Shown here: positions 9,594 to 17,432 of the stretch, piece by piece | Layout of the letters: every line of letters starts with the position of its first letter | Position numbering within the stretch: the stretch's first letter is position 1 | NCBI GenBank assembly: GCA_963926085.1 | Contig: CAWUWV010000276.1 | Location: 1-32,457 of the forward strand | Source of the DNA: an uncultured Alphaproteobacteria bacterium | GTDB taxonomy: Bacteria; Pseudomonadota; Alphaproteobacteria; Bin95 | Direction: 5' to 3' | DNA length: 32,457 bases | Notes under the pieces: model-generated | The model's input: the letters and a program-made list of their open reading frames with translations, nothing else | Told to the model about the DNA's origin: nothing | Database searches by the model: none | Program-made: the position numbers and the translations under genes

Positions 9594-10388
9594 ATGTATG
9601 AGTTTAACTATCAGAAGGCCGGTTCCGTTGCAGACGCAGCGGCGAAGGTTGCAGGCGCTGACGACGGCACATTGATGGCCGGCGGCATGACACTGATCCC
9701 AACCCTGAAGCAACGCCTGGCTATGCCAAGTGATGTGGTCGACATTGGCCAATTGGCGGACCTCCAGGGCATTAGCGTTGCAGGCGGCAAGGTTTCCATC
9801 GGCTCCATGACGACCCACGATACGGTCGCCAACTCTGCTGACGTCAAAGGTGCCATCCCAGCGCTTGCAGTGCTGGCTTCCGGCATCGGTGATCCAATGG
9901 TCCGCAATCGCGGCACCATGGGCGGATCCGTCGCCAATAATGACCCAGCAGCGGATTATCCGGGCGCTGTGCTCGGCCTTGGTGCTACGGTCGTTACGGA
10001 CAAGCGTGAAATCGCAGGCGATGCCTTCTTCACAGGCATGTTCGAAACCGCTCTGGACGAAGGCGAGATCATCACGCGGATTGATTTCCCAGTGCCGACC
10101 AAAGCCGCCTACACAAAATTCCCGAACCCAGCCTCCCGCTACGCCATTGTTGGCGTGTTCGTGGCGCAGACGGCTGACGGCGTTCGTGTCGCCGTGACAG
10201 GCGCTGGCGGCACAGCTTTCCGGGCGACGGAAATGGAAGCGGCGCTGAATGCCAACTTCTCCCCGTCCGCACTCGACGGCATTTCCGTCTCATCAGACGG
10301 CCTCAACAAAGACATCCACGCCAGCGCAGAATACCGCGCACACCTGATCGGCGTGATGGCTAAACGGGCGGTCGCTGCCTGCGGGTGA
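9594..10388 (+). CDS. coxM: Molybdenum hydroxylase medium subunit, FAD-binding (CoxM-like)
   Basis: 264 aa. The FAD-binding-5-like N-terminus has LMAGGMTLIPTLKQRL and NRGTMGGSVANNDPAADYP. AAGGAGAA lies upstream. The gene starts 12 nt after the coxL stop. Confidence 0.9.
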   Translation: MYEFNYQKAGSVADAAAKVAGADDGTLMAGGMTLIPTLKQRLAMPSDVVDIGQLADLQGISVAGGKVSIGSMTTHDTVANSADVKGAIPALAVLASGIGDPMVRNRGTMGGSVANNDPAADYPGAVLGLGATVVTDKREIAGDAFFTGMFETALDEGEIITRIDFPVPTKAAYTKFPNPASRYAIVGVFVAQTADGVRVAVTGAGGTAFRATEMEAALNANFSPSALDGISVSSDGLNKDIHASAEYRAHLIGVMAKRAVAACG

Positions 10389-10423
10389 GGCAGTTAACGC
10401 CTTTGAAATCACGGAATTGTTTG

Positions 10424-10450
10424 AGGCGCGGCTTGCAAAAGGCCGCGCCT
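10424..10450 (+). terminator. Putative rho-independent terminator after coxM
   Basis: A perfect 9-bp stem, AGGCGCGGC (10424-10432) with GCCGCGCCT (10442-10450), closes a 9-nt loop. It is followed by CTCTCTTTAT. Confidence 0.55.
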
Positions 10451-10467
10451 CTCTCTTTATGTAAGCG

Positions 10468-13400
10468 ATGAACACTGCATCGCCCGCAGCTGCCCGACGT
10501 CGCCGATGGCCATATGTGCTGTTGGCGCTTGTGGTGTTGCTGGTGATTGCAGCAGCACTCACATGGCGCTTCCGCATCAGCGTGGCCGAAATGGCGGCGG
10601 AACAGAGCCTCCGCTTCATGGGCCTGGACGGCATTGCATTCGATATCGCGGAGGTCGAGGCAGACCGGGTTCGGCTAGAAAACCTGGGCATCGGCGGCAA
10701 TGGCCCAAGTGCCGAAGCCGCGACGCTCATGTTCTCACCCGGCGGATTGATGAATGGGGAATTACGCGCGCTCCGCCTCGTCCAGCCAAGCATAACAATC
10801 AGCGAAGACGCTGACGGCGTGATGAGTATCGCAGGCATGCCTGATTTCGGCGGCAACAGCGAGACTACCTCGCCGACAGAAGGAAATGCGGCAGGAACGG
10901 AGACCTTCCCCACACTCCCTGACCTCGACAAGCTTGAGATCATTGACGGCACCATCCGGGTTAAAACCACTGCACTGAACGCGTCCGGTACTTTCGAAGC
11001 CTTGGCCACACGCACAGGGCTAGACGCGTTCAAGGTGCGGTTGAACAGCTATCTTGAAGATACAGACGGTCGCGCCATTGATATTTCGGCGCCTGCACTG
11101 GCGCTCACTTACACGCCGGACCGGCTACAAGCGGTTGGCGGCACACGGCTTTCGGTCGAGGAGCCGTCCCTCAAGCTCACAGCGAATCTTGGTCTATGGT
11201 TGGATCACACGATGACCCCGACTGGCGTCAGCGATACGGTGTCGATCATCACGAACGCAGACGCCACAGCCGATGGATCGACTGCGGTTCAAGATATTCG
11301 CGGGCGCGTCATCACAAAACTGCGGCCAAACCGCCCGCCGAGCATCCAGGCGGATATGCAGGTCTCCAGCTTGGAAGCTCAGGCAGTAGCGGCGGATATC
11401 GTCGCTATTGCTGGTGAGTTCAGCCATGGCGCAGTCAGCCTCAGCGTAGATGGCGTTGGCGGCTTTGGCTTCGTTGGTCTGACCGCAGATATGGCCCAGG
11501 ACCGCCGTTTCGTCGCCATGGGTGCCAAAGGCGATATCAATGCCGCCCTGGCTGCCATGATTCTGCCGGGCTTGAATGCCGAAGGGCAGGCCCTGTTCGA
11601 TATGGACATGAACGTGCCCATCACCCCGCTGATTAGCGGTGCTGCCCTGGATCAGGTGATCAGCGAGAGTGGTGGGCGCGCGGAAATCAAACTCGCGATC
11701 CCGAAGCTGAGTTATGGCAACCTCATCCAAGATGGCGGTGCGCGCGGGCAAATCGACTTGGCGCTTGACGGAACCGGTGCAACATTGACCTCCCCAGGCC
11801 TGCTCGTTAGCGGCGTGCAGCTGCCGCCAGACATTTTGGCTGGCCTACCGCCCGATATCCGCCGCGCCTTCCGTGACCCTGCCTTCCTGCGCATGGGCGG
11901 CCCAGGGCTCAACGGGACAGCAATCACCGTATCCCAAGACCTCACGGGTGGGTTTGCCGCCACTGGCAAGCTTGGCCTTGGTCTCTCCAATCCAAAAATT
12001 GCGCTTTTTCTGGAAGGCGACGCAGCAATGCTGCTGACCGCGGCTGGACGGGTTCAGGAACTCGACAGCCAGGAGATGACGCTCCGCCTCGTTGATGGCG
12101 CGTTTGGGCCAGCCGTTGTTAGTGGCCGGGTGGAACTGCGGGACGTCAAAGGGTCCGGCGAAACACTCTCCGCCGACGCCAAGCTATCCCTCAAGGCGCG
12201 CGGCAAGGTTGGCGGCTATGCGGTTAAGAGTGCTGATATTGACGTTTCGGGGCCGCTCAACCTAACGCCAGAACGCGCGACCATTGCGCCTAGGCCCGGC
12301 GGGCGCATCCAAGTGCGGGGGTTCTCCGGCCCCTTGCTGACATTTCTGGACCCAGTACGCCTGACACTAACCAAGGCCAGGCAGCGGCGAATTATCTATG
12401 ATCGGGTAGAAAACCGGCTCGATCTGAACCTAAGCTTTGCCGGGTTTAAAACCCGCGCTTTGCTGAATTCCGAGGATACGAACACGCCTTTCACTTTGGC
12501 GCTTGGCAGTGTGTCTGCCGCGATCAGCCCGGCGGGCGTTGATATGGCGCTTTTGGATGCCTCAGGCGTTCTGCCTGCATATGACCTAGCCGTTGAGAAC
12601 GTGGACGCCAGGGTCCGGCTTGGTGCATCGGCACCTCAGAATGGCAGCCTGACTGTAGGCCGCATCCGGCATACAGGTGCCGAGCCTGCATTTGCACCAC
12701 TCTCCCTCAAGGTTGGGCTTAAGGGGCGCGGGGAAACCATCAAATTCTCTGGCGCGCTCAAAGCTGCTTCAGAGAAGGCGACATTGGCGCTTGAGGGAAC
12801 CCATGATTTGGGGAGTGGCGCTGGCGATGCCCGTTTCCAGTTAGGCCCCGTCGTCTTCGCGCCAGGCGTTGTGCAGCCCCAGGACTTCGCGCCATCGCTC
12901 TATCGCTTGCTGCTCGAGACCATCGGCCAGGTATCCTCTTCTGCCCGTGTCGCATGGGGGCCTGAGGGCATGCGGAGCCAAACAGGCGAGGCGACAATCT
13001 CCATTGATAAGCTCCGCACAGGCGAAGCCACCGTGGAGCAGGCAGAGGCTAAGATCGAGCTCTCCAGTCTATTCCCGCCGCGAACCGCCGGGCCGCAGCG
13101 TATTCGCATTGGGCGCATCGATGTCGGCGTGCCGCTAACGCACGGCATTCTTCTGCTTGATGTAAAATCGCCAAAGCAGGTGGATGTCGATATTAAACGG
13201 TTTGAGCTGTTCGGCGGTCTCATTTCTAGCCAGAAGCTCTCGATTGATCCGACGGCACAAGAATTCGATGCAGTTCTGAAAGTCACTGATATCGACCTTG
13301 CCAGCATCTTAGCGTTCGCTGAGTTCGGCGAGTTAAGCGCGACCGGCACGCTGGAAGGCGTGATACCGATCAGCTACCGCAATGGCGAACTGACCGTGCA

Positions 13401-13746
13401 TGACGGCCTGTTGCGCACGGGTGCGGAGGGCGGTGTGCTGAAATACAAACCGCGCGCGCTCGATAAAGCACTGGAAGATGCGAACGAAAGCACGGGGCTT
13501 GCTGTGAAAGCTTTATCCAACTTCGCCTATGATGAAATCTCCATCCGCATCAATGAAATTGAAGCGGAGGAACTGCGGCTCGACATCAAGATTTCGGGTA
13601 AGAGTGTGGAGCTTTACGGCGGGCTGCCGTTTGAGTTCAACATCAAGGTCGAAGGGCCGATCCGCCAGATCATTCAGGAAAACCTGGCCCCGCCGCAATT
13701 ACCGCCTGATGTGCAGGACCTTATCGAGCGGTCCCGGCGGCAGTAA
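10468..13746 (+). CDS. Large YdbH/AsmA-like envelope protein with an N-terminal membrane anchor (putative intermembrane lipid-transfer family)
   Basis: 1092 aa. An Arg-rich N-terminus is followed by one TM helix (WPYVLLALVVLLVIAAALTW). The body is long, Gly/Ala/Leu-rich and looks beta-rich. The C-terminal ~200 aa (FELFGGLISSQKLSIDP..IDLASIL..ATGTLEGVIPISYRNGELTVHDG..GGVLKYKP..ALSNFAYDEISI..ISGKS..PFEFNIKVEGPIRQII) resembles the YdbH C-terminal (DctA-YdbH) domain as I remember it. The family call needs an HMM check. Confidence 0.6.
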   Translation: MNTASPAAARRRRWPYVLLALVVLLVIAAALTWRFRISVAEMAAEQSLRFMGLDGIAFDIAEVEADRVRLENLGIGGNGPSAEAATLMFSPGGLMNGELRALRLVQPSITISEDADGVMSIAGMPDFGGNSETTSPTEGNAAGTETFPTLPDLDKLEIIDGTIRVKTTALNASGTFEALATRTGLDAFKVRLNSYLEDTDGRAIDISAPALALTYTPDRLQAVGGTRLSVEEPSLKLTANLGLWLDHTMTPTGVSDTVSIITNADATADGSTAVQDIRGRVITKLRPNRPPSIQADMQVSSLEAQAVAADIVAIAGEFSHGAVSLSVDGVGGFGFVGLTADMAQDRRFVAMGAKGDINAALAAMILPGLNAEGQALFDMDMNVPITPLISGAALDQVISESGGRAEIKLAIPKLSYGNLIQDGGARGQIDLALDGTGATLTSPGLLVSGVQLPPDILAGLPPDIRRAFRDPAFLRMGGPGLNGTAITVSQDLTGGFAATGKLGLGLSNPKIALFLEGDAAMLLTAAGRVQELDSQEMTLRLVDGAFGPAVVSGRVELRDVKGSGETLSADAKLSLKARGKVGGYAVKSADIDVSGPLNLTPERATIAPRPGGRIQVRGFSGPLLTFLDPVRLTLTKARQRRIIYDRVENRLDLNLSFAGFKTRALLNSEDTNTPFTLALGSVSAAISPAGVDMALLDASGVLPAYDLAVENVDARVRLGASAPQNGSLTVGRIRHTGAEPAFAPLSLKVGLKGRGETIKFSGALKAASEKATLALEGTHDLGSGAGDARFQLGPVVFAPGVVQPQDFAPSLYRLLLETIGQVSSSARVAWGPEGMRSQTGEATISIDKLRTGEATVEQAEAKIELSSLFPPRTAGPQRIRIGRIDVGVPLTHGILLLDVKSPKQVDVDIKRFELFGGLISSQKLSIDPTAQEFDAVLKVTDIDLASILAFAEFGELSATGTLEGVIPISYRNGELTVHDGLLRTGAEGGVLKYKPRALDKALEDANESTGLAVKALSNFAYDEISIRINEIEAEELRLDIKISGKSVELYGGLPFEFNIKVEGPIRQIIQENLAPPQLPPDVQDLIERSRRQ

Positions 13747-14275
13747 TCGCTTGCCGCGCCATAATGCGGAATGGGCCGAGCAGGACAAACGCAATCGCTA
13801 ACTTCACCAGGAAGTCGCCCAGCAGCAGCGTTTGCCAGGGAACCTGCGTGCCATAGAAGGCGATGGAGAAGAACAGCACCGTATCCACCCCAGACGCGAT
13901 GGTGGAGGAGACCAATGGTGCCTTCCACCAGCTACCGGCGCGAAGGCGGTCGAATACACGCACATCCAGCAATTGCGCCATGAGGAACGCTGTGCCGGAC
14001 GCAATCGCGATCCTTGGCGTCGCGAGCGCGATTGAGGCTACAACAGCAACGGCGAAGCCCACATAGATCACGCGATTAGCGGCTTTCGGCCCCTCCGTCC
14101 GGTTCAGCAGATCCGTCACCAAGAACGTGATCGGATATGTGAGCGCGCCCCAGGTCAGCCAATCATTGATTGGATGCTGGACCAACACATTAGAGGCCGC
14201 GATCAGCACGACCATCGCAATCACGCCAAGCACGAAACGTTGGCGAGACACCCGATTTTCCGGAAGAAGGGACAT
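13721..14275 (-). CDS. yhhQ: Queuosine-precursor transporter (YhhQ / VUT / DUF165 family)
   Basis: 184 aa with about 6 hydrophobic helices. Family-like stretches include GALTYPITFLVTDLLNRTEG, GTAFLMAQLLDVRVFDRLR, WWKAPLVSSTIASGVDTVLFFSIAF and GDFLVKL. Confidence 0.78.
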   Translation of the reverse strand: MSLLPENRVSRQRFVLGVIAMVVLIAASNVLVQHPINDWLTWGALTYPITFLVTDLLNRTEGPKAANRVIYVGFAVAVVASIALATPRIAIASGTAFLMAQLLDVRVFDRLRAGSWWKAPLVSSTIASGVDTVLFFSIAFYGTQVPWQTLLLGDFLVKLAIAFVLLGPFRIMARQAITAAGTAR

Positions 14276-14286
14276 TTTGATGTGGC

Positions 14287-14994
14287 CTAGTGAATGTCTT
14301 TGGGGCCGACCATGGCAGCTTTGAGCTTCGCCCAGGTGAAGCCATTGCCCATGCAGATGTCGAGGATGACTTTTTCTTTGTCGGCGACGCGGCCAGCCGC
14401 GGCCACGACTTCATGGGCAAATTTCATCGGCACCACGACAGCACCGTGCTGGTCCGCATGCACCAGATCGCCATCGTTGACGATCATGCCACCAATGTTC
14501 GCCTGGACGCCGAATTCGACCATGTGCACGTGGGCATGGCTGGGTTTGATTGACCCGGCGATCGCCTGGAAGCCTTCCGCCCAATCTGGAATATCCCGGA
14601 TGCAGCCGTCGGTGACGACGCCAAGGCAGCCAAGCGCTTTATGGATGTTGGAATTCACTTCACCCCAGAAGGCACCAGTGCCGGCGCGCGCGCCGTCCAG
14701 GTCCTGCAGAATGCTGATCTTCGGCGTGTCGCCCTGGCTGACATATTCATAATAATCGACACGCTTTTTCGCAGCCGCATCGCCCTGCAGCATGCCCGGA
14801 TTAACGGAGCGGATGAGGCCCGTTTTCGCCACGCCCACAATGGATTTCAGGTGCGGGAATGGGCAAACCAGAGGCTCTGTCGTAAAGCCGCCATCGCGCG
14901 AACGCTGGTCAATTTCTTCCAGTGCGTTGCATACAGTTGGCGTGTCGAGCTCAGTCAGAGCAGCGAGAAGTTCAGGCGTGATGTCAGCGCTCAT
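14287..14994 (-). CDS. RraA-family protein (RraA / 4-hydroxy-4-methyl-2-oxoglutarate aldolase-like)
   Basis: 235 aa. The N-terminus L..L..LDTPTVCNALEE is family-like. The core motif is GTGAFWGEVNSNIHKALGCLGVVTDGCIRD, followed by GDLVHADQHGAVVVP, which is typical of the RraA/aldolase fold. Confidence 0.78.
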   Translation of the reverse strand: MSADITPELLAALTELDTPTVCNALEEIDQRSRDGGFTTEPLVCPFPHLKSIVGVAKTGLIRSVNPGMLQGDAAAKKRVDYYEYVSQGDTPKISILQDLDGARAGTGAFWGEVNSNIHKALGCLGVVTDGCIRDIPDWAEGFQAIAGSIKPSHAHVHMVEFGVQANIGGMIVNDGDLVHADQHGAVVVPMKFAHEVVAAAGRVADKEKVILDICMGNGFTWAKLKAAMVGPKDIH

Positions 14995-15050
14995 GGCAGC
15001 AGGCGTCCTTCGGCAGAAATTTGATGATTGGGCGGAGGAATAGGCCTAGA

Positions 15051-16454
15051 TCAGACAAACTGCAAGCGTGTGACCCGCCGATCCGGCAGGAACATATGCC
15101 ACGCAGCCGCTATCAGGCCGATAACGCCTGCCGCTAACCACATATTATCGTAGCCGCCAGTTAGATCGAATACGACGCCGCCAAGCCATACGCCAAGGAA
15201 AGCGCCAAGCTGGTGGCTAAGGAATACAGGTCCGTAGATGCTGGAAAGATAACGGGCACCCAGCATGTGCGTAACAAGGCCGGATGTGAGGGGCGCAGTG
15301 CCAAGCCAGAAGAAGCCCATAACAGCCGCGAAGATCAGCGTGGACGTTACCGTGATCGGCATGGACATATAAATCGCAATGGCGACGGCACGGACAATAT
15401 AGATCAGCGCCAGCAGCCTTCGCCGACTGTAAACCGCGCCAAGCCGGCCGAAACTATAGCAGCCAATCGCATTACAGATGCCGATCAGCGCAATGGCTGA
15501 TCCGGCAGCCGAAGTCGGCAGGCCACAAAGCGCCAGGAAGTTTGGCAGATGGTTGACGATAAACATCAACTGGAAACCGCAGACGAAGAATCCCGCCATC
15601 AGCATCAGATAGCCCGGATGCCGCATCGCCTCTGCAATGGCTGCGCGCACACCGATATCTGGCTCATTGGACGCCGTGCCGGCATTGCCGCCCTGGCCTC
15701 GGAACGCAATCGCCAGAAGCGCGATGGCGCAGGCAACTGCTGCCAGCACCCATGCGACCGTGCGCCAATCAAAGGATTCCAGCGCCTGCTGCGCGCCAGG
15801 CACAACCGTTGCCTGGCCCATAGCGCCCGCAGCCGCGATGATGCCGAACATGGTTGACCGGTCTTTAGGCGGTACGAGGCGCGCGACAGCCCCCGCCATC
15901 ACACCGAAACTGGTGCAGGCGAGACCGAGGCCGATGGCGACGCCAGCGCCCAAGATCAGCATCCCGCCACCTTCCGCCAGCGCCATGATGGCGAACCCGG
16001 CACCATAGGCTGCTGCGCCTAGCAGTAATGCCGGGATTGGCCCCATTTTGTCCGCTATGACACCTGCAAACGGCTGGAGCAGGCCCCAGAGCAATTGATG
16101 CAAGGCGACTGCGAATGAAAACGCGCCGATGCTAATAGCAAGCGATGTGCTCGTCGGCTCCGCGAACAGCCCCATGGTGGAGCGGAGGCCAGTCGATAGC
16201 AGCATGATCATGCAGGCTGCCGTAATTGCCGCCCAAGCGGCAAAGCCGATGCCGTTGGTCCCGGATTTGGTCGCAGCTGAGGGCGTAACCAAAGGCGCCA
16301 ACTTCATATCGCCAACGATCGAGGCCGAGCTATTTCGCGCCCAACGTGGCCTTCGGCCAACACCTAAGCGCAGGTGTCCATCCGCCCAGAACGAAGGAAG
16401 CAGGCCGCGATCCGCAAATGCGGCGCGGTAAGATGCGCGATATATGCGTTTCAT
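15051..16454 (-). CDS. MFS transporter (true start possibly the ATG at 16307)
   Basis: About 12 hydrophobic helices are visible by eye, with a 6+6 layout and a central loop near RGQGGNAGTASNEPD. The first 49 codons of the ORF-track model are Arg-rich and non-hydrophobic, so they may not be translated. Confidence 0.75.
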   Translation of the reverse strand: MKRIYRASYRAAFADRGLLPSFWADGHLRLGVGRRPRWARNSSASIVGDMKLAPLVTPSAATKSGTNGIGFAAWAAITAACMIMLLSTGLRSTMGLFAEPTSTSLAISIGAFSFAVALHQLLWGLLQPFAGVIADKMGPIPALLLGAAAYGAGFAIMALAEGGGMLILGAGVAIGLGLACTSFGVMAGAVARLVPPKDRSTMFGIIAAAGAMGQATVVPGAQQALESFDWRTVAWVLAAVACAIALLAIAFRGQGGNAGTASNEPDIGVRAAIAEAMRHPGYLMLMAGFFVCGFQLMFIVNHLPNFLALCGLPTSAAGSAIALIGICNAIGCYSFGRLGAVYSRRRLLALIYIVRAVAIAIYMSMPITVTSTLIFAAVMGFFWLGTAPLTSGLVTHMLGARYLSSIYGPVFLSHQLGAFLGVWLGGVVFDLTGGYDNMWLAAGVIGLIAAAWHMFLPDRRVTRLQFV

Positions 16455-16463
16455 AGGGTGGGG

Positions 16464-17270
16464 TTAAGCGCCTTCAATACCAAGCACGTCCGCCATGGCG
16501 TATAGCCCAGGCGGCTTATCAGATATCCACTGAGCACCGCGAATGGCACCGCGGGCGAACAAGCTGCGGTCTGTGCAGCGGTGGGTGAACTCCATCCGCT
16601 CCCCCGCACTGGCGAACATCACTGTGTGCTCACCAACAACGTCGGCGCCACGCAAGGCTGCGAAGCCGATAGCGCCGTCTGGGCGCACGCCGGTTTCACC
16701 TTCGCGAGACCAGATCGCCACGTCATCTAAATTGACGCCCCGCCCCTTCGCTGCAGCCTTACCAAGACCAACGGCAGTGCCCGAAGGCGCATCGATCTTA
16801 TACTTGTGATGCATTTCCAGAATTTCGATGTCGTAATCTGGCCCAAGTACGCCAGCAACCTGCTGCACGAGGCTCATAAACAGATTGACCGCAACACTCA
16901 TATTTGGCGCATAGAGAATCGGTACGGTTTTGCCTGCTTCGGCCAATGCCGCTTCCTGGGCGGGGTCGAGGCCGGTCGTGCCGGTTACAAAGGATGCGCC
17001 ATGCTTGGCCGCGAGGGCTGCATGGTCCGCCGTCGCTTGGGGTACCGAAAATTCGATCACGATGTCCGCTGCTTTAAACACAGCTTCCGCCGAATCGCCG
17101 ACCACCACACCGATAGGGCCAATGCCCGCCAGATCGCCCGCATCCCGGTGCAGCAGGGGGGAATCTGGCAGTTCAGACGCAGCGGCGACGGTCATGCCCT
17201 CAGCCTCATGCGCCAATTGAACCAGCAATCGGCCCATGCGCCCACCAGCGCCCACAATTCCTACCTTCAT
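16464..17270 (-). CDS. dapB: 4-hydroxy-tetrahydrodipicolinate reductase
   Basis: MKVGIVGAGGRMGR forms the Rossmann N-terminus. ILEMHHKYKIDAPSGTA is the catalytic signature. At 269 aa from the ATG at 17270 the length is normal. The ORF-track N-terminal extension (to 17498) lacks homology-like sequence. Confidence 0.92.
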   Translation of the reverse strand: MKVGIVGAGGRMGRLLVQLAHEAEGMTVAAASELPDSPLLHRDAGDLAGIGPIGVVVGDSAEAVFKAADIVIEFSVPQATADHAALAAKHGASFVTGTTGLDPAQEAALAEAGKTVPILYAPNMSVAVNLFMSLVQQVAGVLGPDYDIEILEMHHKYKIDAPSGTAVGLGKAAAKGRGVNLDDVAIWSREGETGVRPDGAIGFAALRGADVVGEHTVMFASAGERMEFTHRCTDRSLFARGAIRGAQWISDKPPGLYAMADVLGIEGA

Positions 17271-17432
17271 CAGCCCAATTCCCTCGCAAATATATCTGTT
17301 GGGATATGTCTTAGTGCATTCGAGCCAGCGCGGAAACTTGTGCGCGCTCGGTATTCCAGCGAAGCTTTCTAGGCTGGGGGCAAAATAGAAGAGCGAATCT
17401 CGGCAAAACCAACTCTCTGGGAGGAGACTTCG

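Noticed and set aside
14276-14286. preQ1 riboswitch upstream of yhhQ
   Set aside because: Only 11 nt separate yhhQ from the preceding RraA-like gene, which is too short for any riboswitch aptamer.
15051-16454. Full 467-aa MFS model, and the 344-aa dapB ORF-track model (16464-17498)
   Set aside because: The N-terminal extensions are Arg/Cys-rich and non-homologous in appearance. For dapB, the internal ATG at 17270 gives the canonical MKVGIVGAGGRMG N-terminus. The MFS start remains ambiguous between 16454 and 16307.
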